Shown here: positions 49,151 to 60,999 of the stretch, in pieces | Layout: the number at the start of each line of letters is the position of its first letter | How positions within the stretch are numbered: the stretch's first letter is position 1 | Program-made: the position numbers and the translations under genes | The notes under the pieces: model-generated | The model's database searches: none | What the model saw: the letters and a program-made list of their open reading frames with translations, nothing else | What the model was told of the DNA's origin: nothing | Assembly (NCBI GenBank): GCA_964521005.1 | Contig: CAZFPT010000001.1 | Location: forward strand, 3,122 to 67,121 | Direction of reading: 5' to 3' | Length of the DNA: 64,000 bases | DNA from: an uncultured Planctomycetaceae bacterium | GTDB lineage: Bacteria; Planctomycetota; Phycisphaerae; SM23-33

Positions 49151-50010
49151 TCGTAAACAATGACATGTCCCAGCCGCTGCGTGCGGTGATCGAGCGCGAG
49201 GGGTTGACCACCGTCGCCGGCGCCTTCGCCTACGGGCAGGGCGACGACCTCGACAAGCCTGGTCTGGGGCACCGCCGGCGCACGCGCATCGAGCTGACCG
49301 ACGACGAGAAAACCCCCCACGTGCTGTTTCTCAAACGCTACGGCCCCGAGTCGTTCTCCCGTCGGCTGCGACGCTGGTGGGTTACCGGCGCTCGGGGCGC
49401 GATGGGCCCGATCGAATACGCCAACGTCCGGGCCGTTCGGCTGGCGGGGATCCCCACCATGACCGAACTGTCGGCAGGGAGCGACGAGCAAGGCCGAAGC
49501 TTCGTGCTGGTCACCTCGGTGGACGGCGTGTCGCTGGAATCGCGGGCGGAGGATTTCTTCATCCGTCAGCACGACCAGGCCCAGCGTCTGGGAGAGTTCA
49601 ACCACGCCCTGGCCGAGCTGATGGCGGGGTTCCACCGGGCGGGGTTCGTGCATCGCGACTTCTACGCCTGCCACGTCTTCATGGACGAGCGGGGCGGGGC
49701 GATGGACCTCTCGTTGATCGACCTGGCCCGCGTGTTCCGCCCACGCTGGCGGAAGCGGCGCTGGCAGGTCAAAGACCTCGCCCAGCTGAAGTACTCCATG
49801 TCCCCGCGATGGGTCAGCCAGTGCTGGGACGAGTTTTTCGCACTCTACCTCGGCGGGCGCGGCACGGAGCGGATCTGTCGGCCGGTGGAGCGCGCGATCG
49901 ACCGGCGCGTCGCGCGGATGCAGCGACGCCATCGCGTCGAACCGTTCCGGTACGAACCGAGCCGCGAGGAAGAGCGTTCGGCCCGGACCCGCACACGGAG
50001 GGACGATTGA
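49147..50010 (+). CDS. lipopolysaccharide kinase (Kdo/WaaP/InaA) family protein
   Basis: 'GFVHRDFYACHVFMDE' is a kinase catalytic-loop-like motif of the Kdo kinase family. The ATG overlaps the upstream stop (ATGA). Confidence 0.55.
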   Translation: MIVNNDMSQPLRAVIEREGLTTVAGAFAYGQGDDLDKPGLGHRRRTRIELTDDEKTPHVLFLKRYGPESFSRRLRRWWVTGARGAMGPIEYANVRAVRLAGIPTMTELSAGSDEQGRSFVLVTSVDGVSLESRAEDFFIRQHDQAQRLGEFNHALAELMAGFHRAGFVHRDFYACHVFMDERGGAMDLSLIDLARVFRPRWRKRRWQVKDLAQLKYSMSPRWVSQCWDEFFALYLGGRGTERICRPVERAIDRRVARMQRRHRVEPFRYEPSREEERSARTRTRRDD

Positions 50011-51160
50011 ACATCGCATTGGCCATCGAGCGGATGGATCCCGGCCGCGGCGGCAGAGAGATGTCCGTGGCGCAGATCGCCACCGAACTGGCGGCGCGGG
50101 GACATCGCGTGACCATTCTCTGCCACACCGGCCAGTGGGAGCAGGAGGGAGTTGAGCTTCGCAGGCTGGGCGACGGCGGCGCAGATCTTCGCAAACCGGC
50201 CGAGCTGGAACGCTTCGTCCGGGCCGTCGGCGCTGCCGGCGCGGAGTTTGACATCCTGCACGCCACGCTGCCCGTTCCGGGAGCGAACGTCTACCAGCCC
50301 CGCGGCGGGACGATTCCCGGCCAGCGAACCGCCCGACTGCGACGTTACAGCCTGCTGCGATCCATCGCCGCCCGGCTGGGCGACCGGTTCAACCGCCTGC
50401 GATCGCTGCGATGGCAGTTCGAACGGGAGCTGGTGAATGACCCGCGCTGCGAGCACCTGGCGGTCAGCAAGATGATCGCCGAGGAATACGCCTATCATTA
50501 CGATCTCGTCGATCGCGTGCGCGTGGTGTACAACGCCGTCGAACAGCCCGTCCCGGCGAATCTCGGCCAAGTCGAGGCCAGGCAGGCCCTGCGCGATCGG
50601 CTGGGTTGGGGCGTCGACGAGGTGGTCTTCCTGACCGTGGCGACGAACTTCGCGCTGAAGGGCGTGGGCGAATGGCTGGGGCACGTGGCACGCTGGCGGA
50701 AGCAGGGCGGCCGCGTGCCGGTGCGATCGCTGCTCATCGGCGACCGACGGGCCGGGCGGTATCGCGCCATGGCGGCGTCGCTGGGGCTGGGGGACATCAC
50801 CGCCGTATGGGGACCCGCCGACCGCGAGCAGGTCGCCCAGGCGTGCGCAGCCTCCGACGCGGTGGCGCTGTTGAGCTGGTACGACCCATGCTCGCGCGTC
50901 GTGCTTGAAGGTGTGCGATGTGGGCTGCCGGCAGTGACGACGATCTTCAACGGCGCGGCGGACGTGCTCGTAAAGCACGGCTGCGGGGAGGTGGTCCACT
51001 CGCCCCGACACGTCGAAGGGGTGCATGCCGCCATCGACCGCCTCACGGACGGGCGAAATCGACGGCGATTGGCCCGCGCCTGCGCCGACGCCGAGCCCGA
51101 GCTGTCCATCGCGAGACATGTGGACGAACTCGAAGCCGTTTACACGGAGGTAAGCGAACG

Positions 51161-51164
<4 letters not shown>
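50007..51164 (+). CDS. GT4-family glycosyltransferase (LPS core)
   Basis: TTG start giving 'MNIALAIERMDPGRGGREMSVAQIATELAARGHRVTIL', a typical GT4 N-terminus. C-terminal 'E..G....EAM.CG.P' region. An in-frame ATG at 50034 is the alternative start. Confidence 0.6.
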
Positions 51165-51891
<727 letters not shown>

Positions 51892-51901
<10 letters not shown>

Positions 51902-53106
51902 CTGCCACCTTCGTCGATGCCCAACTGCCTGCGTTTGGCGGTTCGCTCCCGGGCGGCGGTCCGTTCGTAGTCGCTGCGGCGGTATGCTTCCAGGGGATCC
52001 GCCTCCACGCCGAGGGTCTCTCGCACGCGGACCAGCAGGTCGGTGACGTCCGTGTTGTACGCCCGGCGGAGAGTTTCCTCGGCGGCGATGACGTCCTCGC
52101 GATCCTGGGCTGCCTGCAGCGCGTCGCGATCCACGCACAGCGCCTTGGCGAACAGCTCCTGCACCGTGCAGACCGTCTGGATCATCGCCTCGACCTTGGG
52201 CTTGATGTTGTGCGACTGGTCGATCATCCACGCGATGTCCAGGTCGCGGCCGTTCTCGTGCTCCCAGGCGGCGATCTCGTTGAAGATCCGGAACGCCTGA
52301 TACGGGTCGATCGAGCCGACCGTAAGGTCGTCGTCGGCGAACTTGCGATCGTTGAAATGAAACCCGCCGAGCATGTCCTCGTCGATCAGCCAGGCGACGA
52401 TCTGCTCGATGTTGGTTCCCAGCAGGTGATGGCCGGTGTCCACCAGAACCTTCGCCCGCGGACCGGCGGCCTTGGCGAAGATGTAGCTGGCGCCCCAGTC
52501 GAAGAAGTCCGTGAAGTACGTCGCCGGCTCGAAAGGCTTGTACTCCACGAGCATTGTCATGCCATCGGCCAGCGCGCCGTGAACCTTCTTGAGGGCGTCG
52601 GTCGCCCACCGCTTGCGGGCGCGGATATCGGCCTGGCCGGGGTAATTGGCCCCGTCGGCAAACCACAGCGAGAGGGTTTTGCTGCCGGTCTGACGGGCGA
52701 TGTCCACCGAGTCCAGCATGTGCTCCACGGCCCCGGAGCGGATCCCGGCGTCGCGGTTGGTTACCGATCCGAACTTGTACTGCTGGTCCTGGAAGAGGTT
52801 GGGGTTGATCGAGCCGATCCGCACGCCGTGAGACTCGGCAAGCTCGACCACGGCGGGGTCGAACCCTTGCGGGAAGTCCCACAGCACGTGGACCGCCACG
52901 GTGGGCGTCATGCCCGTGTAGCGGTGAACGCAGCCGGCGTCGGCGATCTTGTCGGCCAGGTCCACCGCAGCCGCCGGTTGGAGGTACTTCCCGAACCGCG
53001 TGCCCGTGTTGGCAAAGCCCCAGGAGGGCACCTCGATGGCGAACCGCTCGAGGCGGTCAATGATGGCGTCGGCCCGGTCGGCAGGAATGGACGGTGTGGC
53101 AGGCAT
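51892..53106 (-). CDS. sugar isomerase of xylose-isomerase-like TIM-barrel class (L-rhamnose isomerase-like)
   Basis: 'VLVDTGHHLLGTNIEQ' and 'LGGFHFNDRKFADDDL'. AAGGAG RBS. Start is MPATPSIP (M60 of the ORF). Confidence 0.5.
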
Positions 53107-53293
53107 GGGCGGTACTCCTTGCTGAAGTCTTAACGATGGCGTTGATTGTAGCCCCATCGCCGCGTAAGTACAGCCCGGGCGAGACAATCCCGCCCGCCGG
53201 CGGCCGCCTGAAAGCGAATCCGTCGGCCTGACGCTTGCCCCGTCGCCGCGACCGCATAGAATGGCCAACTGACTTGAGAGCAAAGGATGACTC

Positions 53294-54877
53294 TTGCCTG
53301 ATCTGACTGACTATCTCGATGCCCATTTTCTGGAGCACCTGCGCCAGGCGTTTTCCGACCTCGCCGGGCGGGCGGTGTGCATCTGGGACTGCGACGGAAC
53401 CGGCCCGATCGTACCGGGTTGCACCGACGCCAACGGCGAGCTGCCCTGCTGCGGCGAGCCCCTGCCGTCCTACGCGCCGCAGGTGCGGGTGAACGGGCAA
53501 CGTGTGGGCTATCTCACCGTGGGCCCGGACCCCGTCCGACAGACGCTCGAACCGACAGAGTGGGCGATCAATCTTCTCAACGTGATGGCCGACGTGGTGG
53601 GGGGCATGTGCGAGCGGGAGCAGCAGCTGCGATACCGCCTGGAGGAGCTTGGCACGCTGTATCGTCTTACCGCGGAGTTCACCTCCCAGCGGGACCTCGA
53701 CACGCTGCTGGACCAGGTTGCCCGCACCGTGGTGGACGTGCTGGGGCTCAAGGCCTGCAGCATCCGGCTGTTGAACCCCGACAAGACCGAGCTGCTCGTG
53801 CGGGCGGTGGCGAACCTCTCGCGGGAATACCTGGAAAAGGGCCCGATTCTCCTGGAAGAAAGCGAGATCGACCGCGAGGTGCTCGAAACCGGTCGGCCGG
53901 TGTACATCGCCGACGAGACCACCGACCCCCGCGTGCTCTACCAGGCCGAGGCGAAACGCGAGGGCATCGTCAGTGCCCTGTGCGCCCCGATGATCTACAA
54001 GGACGAGCGGCAGGGGATTATCCGTGTGTACGCCGACAGCAAGCACGAGTTCGACTGGTTCGAGATCTCCCTGCTGCAGGCGATCGCCGCCCAGGCGGCA
54101 GCGGCTGTGGTGAACGCCAACCTCTACCAGGAAGCGGTGCAGCTGGCGACGGTGCGACGACATCTTTCGATGGCCGCCGAGGTGCAACAGCGGATGATCC
54201 CCGATCAGCCGCCCGAGGTGGAGGGGTTCGATCTGGGAGCGATGTACGTTCCCTGCTACGAGCTGGGCGGAGATTTCTACGACTTCATTCCGCTCTCCGA
54301 GGACAACTGGGGCGTGGCGATCTGTGACGTGGTGGGCAAGGGCGTGCGGGCCTCGCTGCTGATGGCGTCCGTGCGGGCCTCCCTTCGCGGACATGCCGTG
54401 AACATCTACGAGATGTCCCGCGTGCTGGACAAGGTCAACCGCGACCTGGTCGCCGACAGCCTCATCAGCGATTTTGCGACGATGTTCTACGGCGTGCTGG
54501 ACGTGGACGAGCGTCGACTGACCTACGCCAACGCCGGGCACCCGCCGCCGCTGCTGGTGCGCGACGGAAAGCTCTGCCACCTCGAAACCGGTGGATGGGT
54601 GCTGGGAATTCAGCCCGGAACCCACTACCGCCACGACTCCTTCGAGTTCCGCCGCGGCGACCTGCTGGTGATGTACACCGACGGATTGGCCGACGCGATG
54701 AACTTCGCCGACGAGAGCTTCGGCGTCGAGCGGATCGAGCGATCCGTCCTGGAGGCCGACGCAATGAACTGCTCGGCCCAGTCGGTGGTCAAGCACATCG
54801 TCTGGAACATGCGCAAGCATGCCGGGCTCACCCAGCGGACCGACGATACGACCCTCGTAGCCATTCGGGCGTTGTAG
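53294..54877 (+). CDS. GAF-domain PP2C-type (SpoIIE/RsbU-like) serine phosphatase
   Basis: Central GAF domain, then PP2C motifs 'GGDFYDF', 'AICDVVGKG', 'GHPPPLL' and 'LVMYTDGL'. TTG start 6 nt after an AAAGGA. Confidence 0.75.
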   Translation: MPDLTDYLDAHFLEHLRQAFSDLAGRAVCIWDCDGTGPIVPGCTDANGELPCCGEPLPSYAPQVRVNGQRVGYLTVGPDPVRQTLEPTEWAINLLNVMADVVGGMCEREQQLRYRLEELGTLYRLTAEFTSQRDLDTLLDQVARTVVDVLGLKACSIRLLNPDKTELLVRAVANLSREYLEKGPILLEESEIDREVLETGRPVYIADETTDPRVLYQAEAKREGIVSALCAPMIYKDERQGIIRVYADSKHEFDWFEISLLQAIAAQAAAAVVNANLYQEAVQLATVRRHLSMAAEVQQRMIPDQPPEVEGFDLGAMYVPCYELGGDFYDFIPLSEDNWGVAICDVVGKGVRASLLMASVRASLRGHAVNIYEMSRVLDKVNRDLVADSLISDFATMFYGVLDVDERRLTYANAGHPPPLLVRDGKLCHLETGGWVLGIQPGTHYRHDSFEFRRGDLLVMYTDGLADAMNFADESFGVERIERSVLEADAMNCSAQSVVKHIVWNMRKHAGLTQRTDDTTLVAIRAL

Positions 54878-54888
54878 GAGGGTCGGCC

Positions 54889-55743
54889 GTGACGAACACG
54901 AAGATCCGACTGGTCGCGCTGGACGTGGACGGCACCGTCGCGGGCGCGGGCGACGAGGTGACCGGCGAGACCGTTCGCGCCATCGGTCGGCTGCGCGACG
55001 CGGGGATCCGCGTGGTATTGGCGACGGGACGGTCCCACGCGGAGGTCATGCCCGTCTGGCGGCAGTTGGCGCTGCCCGAGGCCGACTCGCCGGTGATCGT
55101 CGTGGGCGGGGCGATGGTCAGCGAACCGCTCAGCGGCAGGACGGTCTACCAGAAGGGCATCGCACCGGACCTGGCCGTTCGGTTCGGCAGGGCGTTGCAC
55201 CGGCAAGGCCGATCGCTGATAGCGCTGGTGGACGGCTGGCGACACGGGTTCGACTACTACACCTGGCTGTCGGACGACGCCGAAGAGGTCCGGCGGAAGT
55301 GGTTCGGGCAGATGGACGTGCGCAACCGCTGGCTGGGCGACCTCTCGGAGGCGGCGAGGCAACCTCGGGCGATACGGATCGGCGCGATGGCCGAACCGCA
55401 GGAGGCAGCCGAGCTGGCCGACCAACTCGCCGAGGAGTTTGCCGGGCAGCTGGAGATGCACCCGATTCTTGCCCCGAACTATGGGATCACGATCGTCGAG
55501 GCGTTCGCCGCCGGCGTGAGCAAGTGGTCGGCGATCCAGTATCTCGCGGGTGGCTGGCGGATCGGCCGGGGTCAGATCGCCGCCGTCGGGGACGACGTCA
55601 ACGACGTGCACATGGTGCGGGAGGCCGGGCTGGGGGCGGCGATTCCGGGTCGATGCGACGCGCTGGTGGAGGCCGCCGACGTGGTCGTTGACGACGGGCT
55701 GGCGGGCTTTCTCTCGGACCTGCTGGCCGGTCGATTCGGATAG
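54889..55743 (+). CDS. HAD-superfamily hydrolase (Cof-like, subfamily IIB)
   Basis: 'LVALDVDGT' (motif I), 'ATGR' and 'AVGDDVNDVHM' (motif IV). GTG start with an AGGAGG RBS. Confidence 0.65.
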   Translation: MTNTKIRLVALDVDGTVAGAGDEVTGETVRAIGRLRDAGIRVVLATGRSHAEVMPVWRQLALPEADSPVIVVGGAMVSEPLSGRTVYQKGIAPDLAVRFGRALHRQGRSLIALVDGWRHGFDYYTWLSDDAEEVRRKWFGQMDVRNRWLGDLSEAARQPRAIRIGAMAEPQEAAELADQLAEEFAGQLEMHPILAPNYGITIVEAFAAGVSKWSAIQYLAGGWRIGRGQIAAVGDDVNDVHMVREAGLGAAIPGRCDALVEAADVVVDDGLAGFLSDLLAGRFG

Positions 55744-55797
55744 GAAACGCATCGGTGGGGACTTGCCCCGACCACCACTGCCGCGCAAACTAAGGGT

Positions 55798-56715
55798 ATG
55801 CCAGATCGCCACAACAAAGACGACCGCGTGGATCAGCTCCGTCAATCGCTGCGGCAGGGCGATCTCGACGGGGCGCGTCGCATCCTGGGTTCGGCGAAGG
55901 GAGAGCAGTGTTTCGCGTCGCGCCCGACGCCTTCTCAGCCCGCCCCGTGCGCCCCTCATTCGCTGCAGGCGGTCTGGGGCGGCGAGGAAATTCTCGTCTC
56001 GACGTCGCGCGGGCAGGTGACTTGCTGGCGAAGCGAACCCGACGCGGATGAGATCGACCCCTGCGCCGACGAGATCGGTTCGCTGTTCGCCTCGTGCATG
56101 AAGGGCGGCGGCGAACGGTTCGACGAGCTGCGCGCTTCGCCGGGACTCTGTCATCTCGCGGACGCAGCCGAGAGCGACGTGGTCTTTCTGCGGAGTCACT
56201 CGGCCGGCGGCAAGGCCGGCGCGACGACGGTCATCAGCAAAGCGATCAGCCGGGACGGGGTGATTCAGGTGACCCAGCGCATCGCGCGATCGGTGCAGGA
56301 AGAGCCGGCCGTCCTGCAACTCTTTGCCGACGTCTGCGAGGAGGCGAGCGTGGTGGTGATGTTCGGCGGCAGAGACGATTCGCCACGGTCGCTGCAGCGT
56401 CGCATGAAATCGGCCGGCCTGGACGAGCCGTGGGGCGTCCCCGCGGCGATGCTGGTTCGCGACGACTGCAAGGCGATGTGGGCCGACGAGATGCCGCGGT
56501 TCGGCCTGCGCGTGATCGAGCAGATGGGCCTGGGTCGCTCGCGGCAGGGCGGGTTTCCGCCGTCGGTTCTGGGACGGGTGGTTCGGCGGTTCCACGAGAC
56601 CGGCGACGCCCGTGCGATCGCCAAGCTCCTGCGCCGCAGCGTGTGCGACCTGCTGGTGCTCATCGAGGCGAGCTGCTTCCTGCTGACCGGGCGAGGACCC
56701 GTGGGCGCCTATTGA
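55798..56715 (+). CDS. hypothetical protein
   Basis: Uninterrupted 305-aa ORF in an otherwise non-coding gap. No recognisable motif. Confidence 0.35.
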   Translation: MPDRHNKDDRVDQLRQSLRQGDLDGARRILGSAKGEQCFASRPTPSQPAPCAPHSLQAVWGGEEILVSTSRGQVTCWRSEPDADEIDPCADEIGSLFASCMKGGGERFDELRASPGLCHLADAAESDVVFLRSHSAGGKAGATTVISKAISRDGVIQVTQRIARSVQEEPAVLQLFADVCEEASVVVMFGGRDDSPRSLQRRMKSAGLDEPWGVPAAMLVRDDCKAMWADEMPRFGLRVIEQMGLGRSRQGGFPPSVLGRVVRRFHETGDARAIAKLLRRSVCDLLVLIEASCFLLTGRGPVGAY

Positions 56716-56787
56716 GACGGCGCGAGCAGACGCCCCGGCCGGTCAGGACCGAGGCGTCTGGACAGCCGGTTCGGTCGCCAGGCGGGG

Positions 56788-59352
56788 CTACTTCAGCGGC
56801 GTGAACACCAGGATGGCCGGTTCGTCTTCCGGGTCGTTGCAGTTGCTCCGGTCGATGATCGCGAGGTACTTCCAGGCGTTCTTGGCGGGCACGTCATCGC
56901 CCACCTGCACGTGAATGATCGCGGCGAACGTGTCGCTGCGGACGGTTACGAGGTTGGCCACCGCGTTGTAGAGTCGGTCGCGGGCGTCGATGAATTCCGG
57001 GTGCTGCACGAGCTTCCGGACGGCCGCGTTGGCGGCGGGGTCGGTCGTGGAGGGGTCCCACCCCAGTCGGGCGCTCATGTAGTGGGCCAGGGGGACGGCC
57101 AATTCGCCGGGTGTGCGGAAGCCTTCCAGCGACTGATCTTTACGGAGATCGGGTATGTACGTCTGGTGCTTGGTCCGCTGGGCCAGGCGGTAGTCGATGA
57201 TCTCCCGGGCGAGGTCCGAGCGGGAGATGGAGAAGGTCTTGCCATCCATCGTGATGGATGTCGGCCAGGGCAGGTTCTCCAGAATCGCCCTGGGCGCTGT
57301 GTTGATGTTGATCAGTCCATACGCCCGCCGGTAGTCGTCTGTGCGAGTTAGGTCGCCCTCGTGCATGGCGAAGAACTCACCCAGCAGGCACCCCAGCGGC
57401 ACGCGGGGATAGGTGTTGGGCTGCACGGCGATATCGGGGGTATAGAGGCTCGGTCGACCACGGCCGGGGATGTCCTTGAAGTCCACCGCCTCGCGGTCCT
57501 CCTGCAGGATCTGTTTGCTGAACGGCGTGTGGGTGGAACCGTCCTTCTGCGGGGCGGTCATGTAGACCCGGGCCATCTCGCCGAGGCTGCGCATTTCGTT
57601 CTGGCCGAAATTTCCCACGTCGACGATCGGCACGGAGTTCAGGGCGTCCTTGTCCTTGAGGTCCTCGCTGGTGAGATTGTTGTCCTCACCCAGCCGGTGG
57701 GTCTTGTCGGCGGTGTACGCCTTGTAGACGGCCAGGTTGTACCGGGCCCGCTCGAGGTTGTCGTCGCGGCGGATGCACTTGGTCGTCCCCGCATCGGTCC
57801 GGATGTCCGTGCCGGCGTAGTCCAGATCGTCTCCGCTGACCTGGTCGACGATCACCTCGCCGCGGAAGAGCTGAATCACGTCGCTCTGGTCGAATCGCAG
57901 CTTGGGGTTGTCCACCTCGAACCAGCCTGTGGTGTCCAGACCGGTGTCGTCCTCGCGGTCGGTTTCGTTGCCGGTGTAGCTGCCACCTTCCTCGAAGCTG
58001 TAGAGGACGGCCTTCTTGCCGGGTTGGATCGCCTTGGCGGGCAGGTTCACGTCGTCGCTGCCGACCACGATCCGGTATTCGTTGAGATTGATCGCCTTAC
58101 CGGTGGGGTTGAGCACCTCGATGGCGAACCCGGCGATGTGGTCGTCTGCGTTCGGGGCGGATTCGGGCTTGTGGGACGCGTACGCCTCGGTAATCACCAG
58201 CCGCTGCTTGAGTCCCCACGCCGTCACGTCGCCGGAGGTGAACTTCCACGGCGCGTCGGTCTCGCCCTTGGAGGAATACGCCCAGAGGTTGGCGGTGAGG
58301 CAGGCGGCGAGGCGATCGCGCTGCGTGTTGTCCTTGCCGTACTGGATGGAGTACAGCAGTCGGCGGATCTGCGTGTACACGTCGTTGCGTTTGGCGGCAG
58401 TGCCGAGGTCCAGCTTCAACGGTGCGTCGCCCTTCAGTTGCGGCCAGCGCATCAACCGGCGCGAGCAGCTGTAGGTTGTCAGCAGCGAGCGGGCGTCGTT
58501 GGAGAGATTCACGCCGAGCTCGTCGACGAGCCGACCGGTCTCGGTCATTGCGTCGTCCTCGTAGTACCGCAGGTACATCTCGTCGCTGACGGCGAAGGGC
58601 TGATACTGGTCGTCAAGAGGTTTGAGCAGTCGCGACGCGCCGCGGACGTAATACTGCAGGAGGTTCGGAGCGGAGGTCCAGTTGTTCACGTCGGTCCGGG
58701 CCATGTGGATGCGACGGTAGGCTGTGGTCCCCAGGATGCCTTCCAGGTCGTACAGCGTCGGCGCAGCCGGGATGACGAGGTTCTCCGGGCTGCCGGTGGT
58801 GGTCCCGCCGGTATTGATGCACGCCCGTCCGGCGAGGTCGATCACCTTGACGGCCATCCAGTATCGCTGACCTGTGGAGCTGACCGATCGCGAGTTTCGC
58901 AGCCAGGCGTCTTTGCTCCCGTCGGCGTCGACGTCGATTTTCGTGCGGGGTTCGTTCGCCTCGAACGGGTACAGCAGCGAGAACAGATCCCGCGACCCGT
59001 CGGTGTGTGTCAGATACATGTCGGGGCGGGCTTTGAGCGTCCACCACACCGCGTCGTCGAGCGGCCGAGCGGTTTCGCCGTACGCCAGAACGGGGATTGT
59101 CTCGGCGTCCAGGCCGGTCCGCGAGTAGGGCCCGTTGCTGCCGATGTGCAGGTCGTTCTTGAGCATCTCCGCCATGCGCATCACCGCGCCGCCGGCGACC
59201 TGCGTGGACTGGTTCCGCGTAACGACGGCCCGCGAACTCTTGGCGTTCAGGTGCGAGACCAGCAGGAACGTCGTCCCGAGCATTACCAGGATCGCCAACA
59301 GCCCGATGGTGAGCATCAGGGCCGAGCCGTGTTTTCTATGGTTTGTGTACAT
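56788..59352 (-). CDS. GspK-like type II secretion minor pseudopilin, unusually large (854 aa)
   Basis: N-terminus 'MYTNHRKHGSALMLTIGLLAILVMLGTTFLL' resembles the GspK leader (KRGMALVVVL...). It is the last gene of the pseudopilin operon. An alternative GTG start at 59376 overlaps the upstream stop. Confidence 0.5.
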   Translation of the reverse strand: MYTNHRKHGSALMLTIGLLAILVMLGTTFLLVSHLNAKSSRAVVTRNQSTQVAGGAVMRMAEMLKNDLHIGSNGPYSRTGLDAETIPVLAYGETARPLDDAVWWTLKARPDMYLTHTDGSRDLFSLLYPFEANEPRTKIDVDADGSKDAWLRNSRSVSSTGQRYWMAVKVIDLAGRACINTGGTTTGSPENLVIPAAPTLYDLEGILGTTAYRRIHMARTDVNNWTSAPNLLQYYVRGASRLLKPLDDQYQPFAVSDEMYLRYYEDDAMTETGRLVDELGVNLSNDARSLLTTYSCSRRLMRWPQLKGDAPLKLDLGTAAKRNDVYTQIRRLLYSIQYGKDNTQRDRLAACLTANLWAYSSKGETDAPWKFTSGDVTAWGLKQRLVITEAYASHKPESAPNADDHIAGFAIEVLNPTGKAINLNEYRIVVGSDDVNLPAKAIQPGKKAVLYSFEEGGSYTGNETDREDDTGLDTTGWFEVDNPKLRFDQSDVIQLFRGEVIVDQVSGDDLDYAGTDIRTDAGTTKCIRRDDNLERARYNLAVYKAYTADKTHRLGEDNNLTSEDLKDKDALNSVPIVDVGNFGQNEMRSLGEMARVYMTAPQKDGSTHTPFSKQILQEDREAVDFKDIPGRGRPSLYTPDIAVQPNTYPRVPLGCLLGEFFAMHEGDLTRTDDYRRAYGLININTAPRAILENLPWPTSITMDGKTFSISRSDLAREIIDYRLAQRTKHQTYIPDLRKDQSLEGFRTPGELAVPLAHYMSARLGWDPSTTDPAANAAVRKLVQHPEFIDARDRLYNAVANLVTVRSDTFAAIIHVQVGDDVPAKNAWKYLAIIDRSNCNDPEDEPAILVFTPLK

Positions 59353-59372
59353 CGCTGCATCCTTCCCGGGAA

Positions 59373-60263
59373 TCACTTCCCAATGGTGCAGATAACTTCG
59401 TACTCGTTGCCTTCGCTTTCCGCGCGGGCGGCGTCGGGAAGGGCAACGTCTTTGATGGTGAATGTCAGCTTGACCGCGGCAGGCCAGTTCGCCTGGTTCT
59501 CATTGGTCCACAGGGCGCGGTAGCGTTTGTTCGTGGTGCCCACCTCGTACTCGATGTCCGAGTTGTTCGCCTTCGAGCCGGGCCCGTACCACTTGAGCCC
59601 ATCCGAGCCGCGCGTACCGTCGGTCCAGCGAATTTTCAGCTCCGTACATCCCGGTGCCAGCGCCTGCCAGAGCTTGTGGAGATCGGCCTGTTGCTGAATG
59701 GGAATGGTCACCGACGTGGGCGCCTGGCCGATGGCATACTCGATGTATTCCTCGACGCTGTTCGTGCCGCCTCCGCCGGGGTCTTCGCGAGGCAGGACGA
59801 CGAATTCCGAGAGGTCCCAGCTCTGCATGTCCCCATTGGAGAGCCCCTTGTCGTTCAGCACCCAGCCCTGGCGGAAGAGTGTCTCTTGGTCCATGCCGTC
59901 GGTATCGCATAGGCCGATCGTGACGACCGAGCCGCTTCCGGTGTTCGCCGAGGTGACGCTTTCGGTCAGGCCGGCCTGGGTGAAGATGAGCATGTCGCCC
60001 GAGCTCGTCTCCGCGATGCACAGAAAACCGCTCTGGGTCACGCGGCGCAGGTCGGCCCGCAGGATCTGCGAAAGGGCGGTGGCGGTGTTGTTCTTGCGCA
60101 TGTGCGAGTTGGATACGGACACGACGCGCTGGCTGGTCGAGAGGATCATGCTGAAGGAGAGAATCAGCATCGCCAGGATGGCCACCGCGACCAGCAGTTC
60201 GATGAGCGTCAGTCCTCGGGCGGTGGCGCGGGCGGATCGGGATGTCGTCAATGTCTCGTGCAT
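59373..60263 (-). CDS. prepilin-type N-terminal cleavage/methylation domain pseudopilin (GspJ position)
   Basis: 'RGLTLIELLVAVAILAMLI' has a class III signal with Glu at +5. Confidence 0.6.
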   Translation of the reverse strand: MHETLTTSRSARATARGLTLIELLVAVAILAMLILSFSMILSTSQRVVSVSNSHMRKNNTATALSQILRADLRRVTQSGFLCIAETSSGDMLIFTQAGLTESVTSANTGSGSVVTIGLCDTDGMDQETLFRQGWVLNDKGLSNGDMQSWDLSEFVVLPREDPGGGGTNSVEEYIEYAIGQAPTSVTIPIQQQADLHKLWQALAPGCTELKIRWTDGTRGSDGLKWYGPGSKANNSDIEYEVGTTNKRYRALWTNENQANWPAAVKLTFTIKDVALPDAARAESEGNEYEVICTIGK

Positions 60264-60273
60264 GGGATCTCGT

Positions 60274-60996
60274 TCATTTCTCCGGAAGGGCCGTCCGGAT
60301 GGTGTAGGCAGCCAGCCCCGTGGGGGCGATGATCTTCTCGCCGCTCTCGACGAGGACCCAGACCTTCACTTTCGTCTCGGTGCTCTCCATCCGCGTTCGC
60401 AGGATCGCCTCGCCGCCCTCGATTCCTTCGATGGAGGACAACTCACCGGTGTCGGCGCGAATCAGCGGCGAGTCCGGCAGCACGCCGGCCGGGAAGCTCC
60501 CCGTGGCGCGCGACGCGTCGCCGCGGTCCGAGATGTTGACGTTGGCCTGCTTCATCTCCACGGTGTTGTCGGTGCTGTTGAGCTTGTAGGAGACGACGGT
60601 CAGCTGGTAGTCGTTCTCGTCGCCGACGTGCCGTGCGAGCACACAGTAGCCGTAGGGGCTGGTGGGACTGCCGTCCGAGTCGATCGAGTCGGCGGGGTAG
60701 GTTCGCTCGGCCGGTTTGAGCTCGTCCGTGACGTCCTCAAGCTCGTCCGATCCGCCGATGGGGTTGCCCGGGTTGTGTCGCAACGCCGTGATCGCCACCG
60801 ACGCCCCGTTCTCGCAGATGATGGTTCCCACCACGTTGCGGAAGGACTGGTTGTTGTACTGCATCGCCGCGGCAAACAGGCCGGCCGACATCGTCAGGCC
60901 GTAGGCGATGATGCCCAGGGCGATCATGAGCTCCGAGAGCGTGAATCCCCCGCCTCCAGCCGATCGTCTCGAATTGGTTCCGAATCGTTTTCTCAT
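60274..60996 (-). CDS. prepilin-type pseudopilin (GspI position)
   Basis: 'GGGFTLSELMIALGIIAYG'. Confidence 0.6.
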   Translation of the reverse strand: MRKRFGTNSRRSAGGGGFTLSELMIALGIIAYGLTMSAGLFAAAMQYNNQSFRNVVGTIICENGASVAITALRHNPGNPIGGSDELEDVTDELKPAERTYPADSIDSDGSPTSPYGYCVLARHVGDENDYQLTVVSYKLNSTDNTVEMKQANVNISDRGDASRATGSFPAGVLPDSPLIRADTGELSSIEGIEGGEAILRTRMESTETKVKVWVLVESGEKIIAPTGLAAYTIRTALPEK

Positions 60997-60999
60997 GGG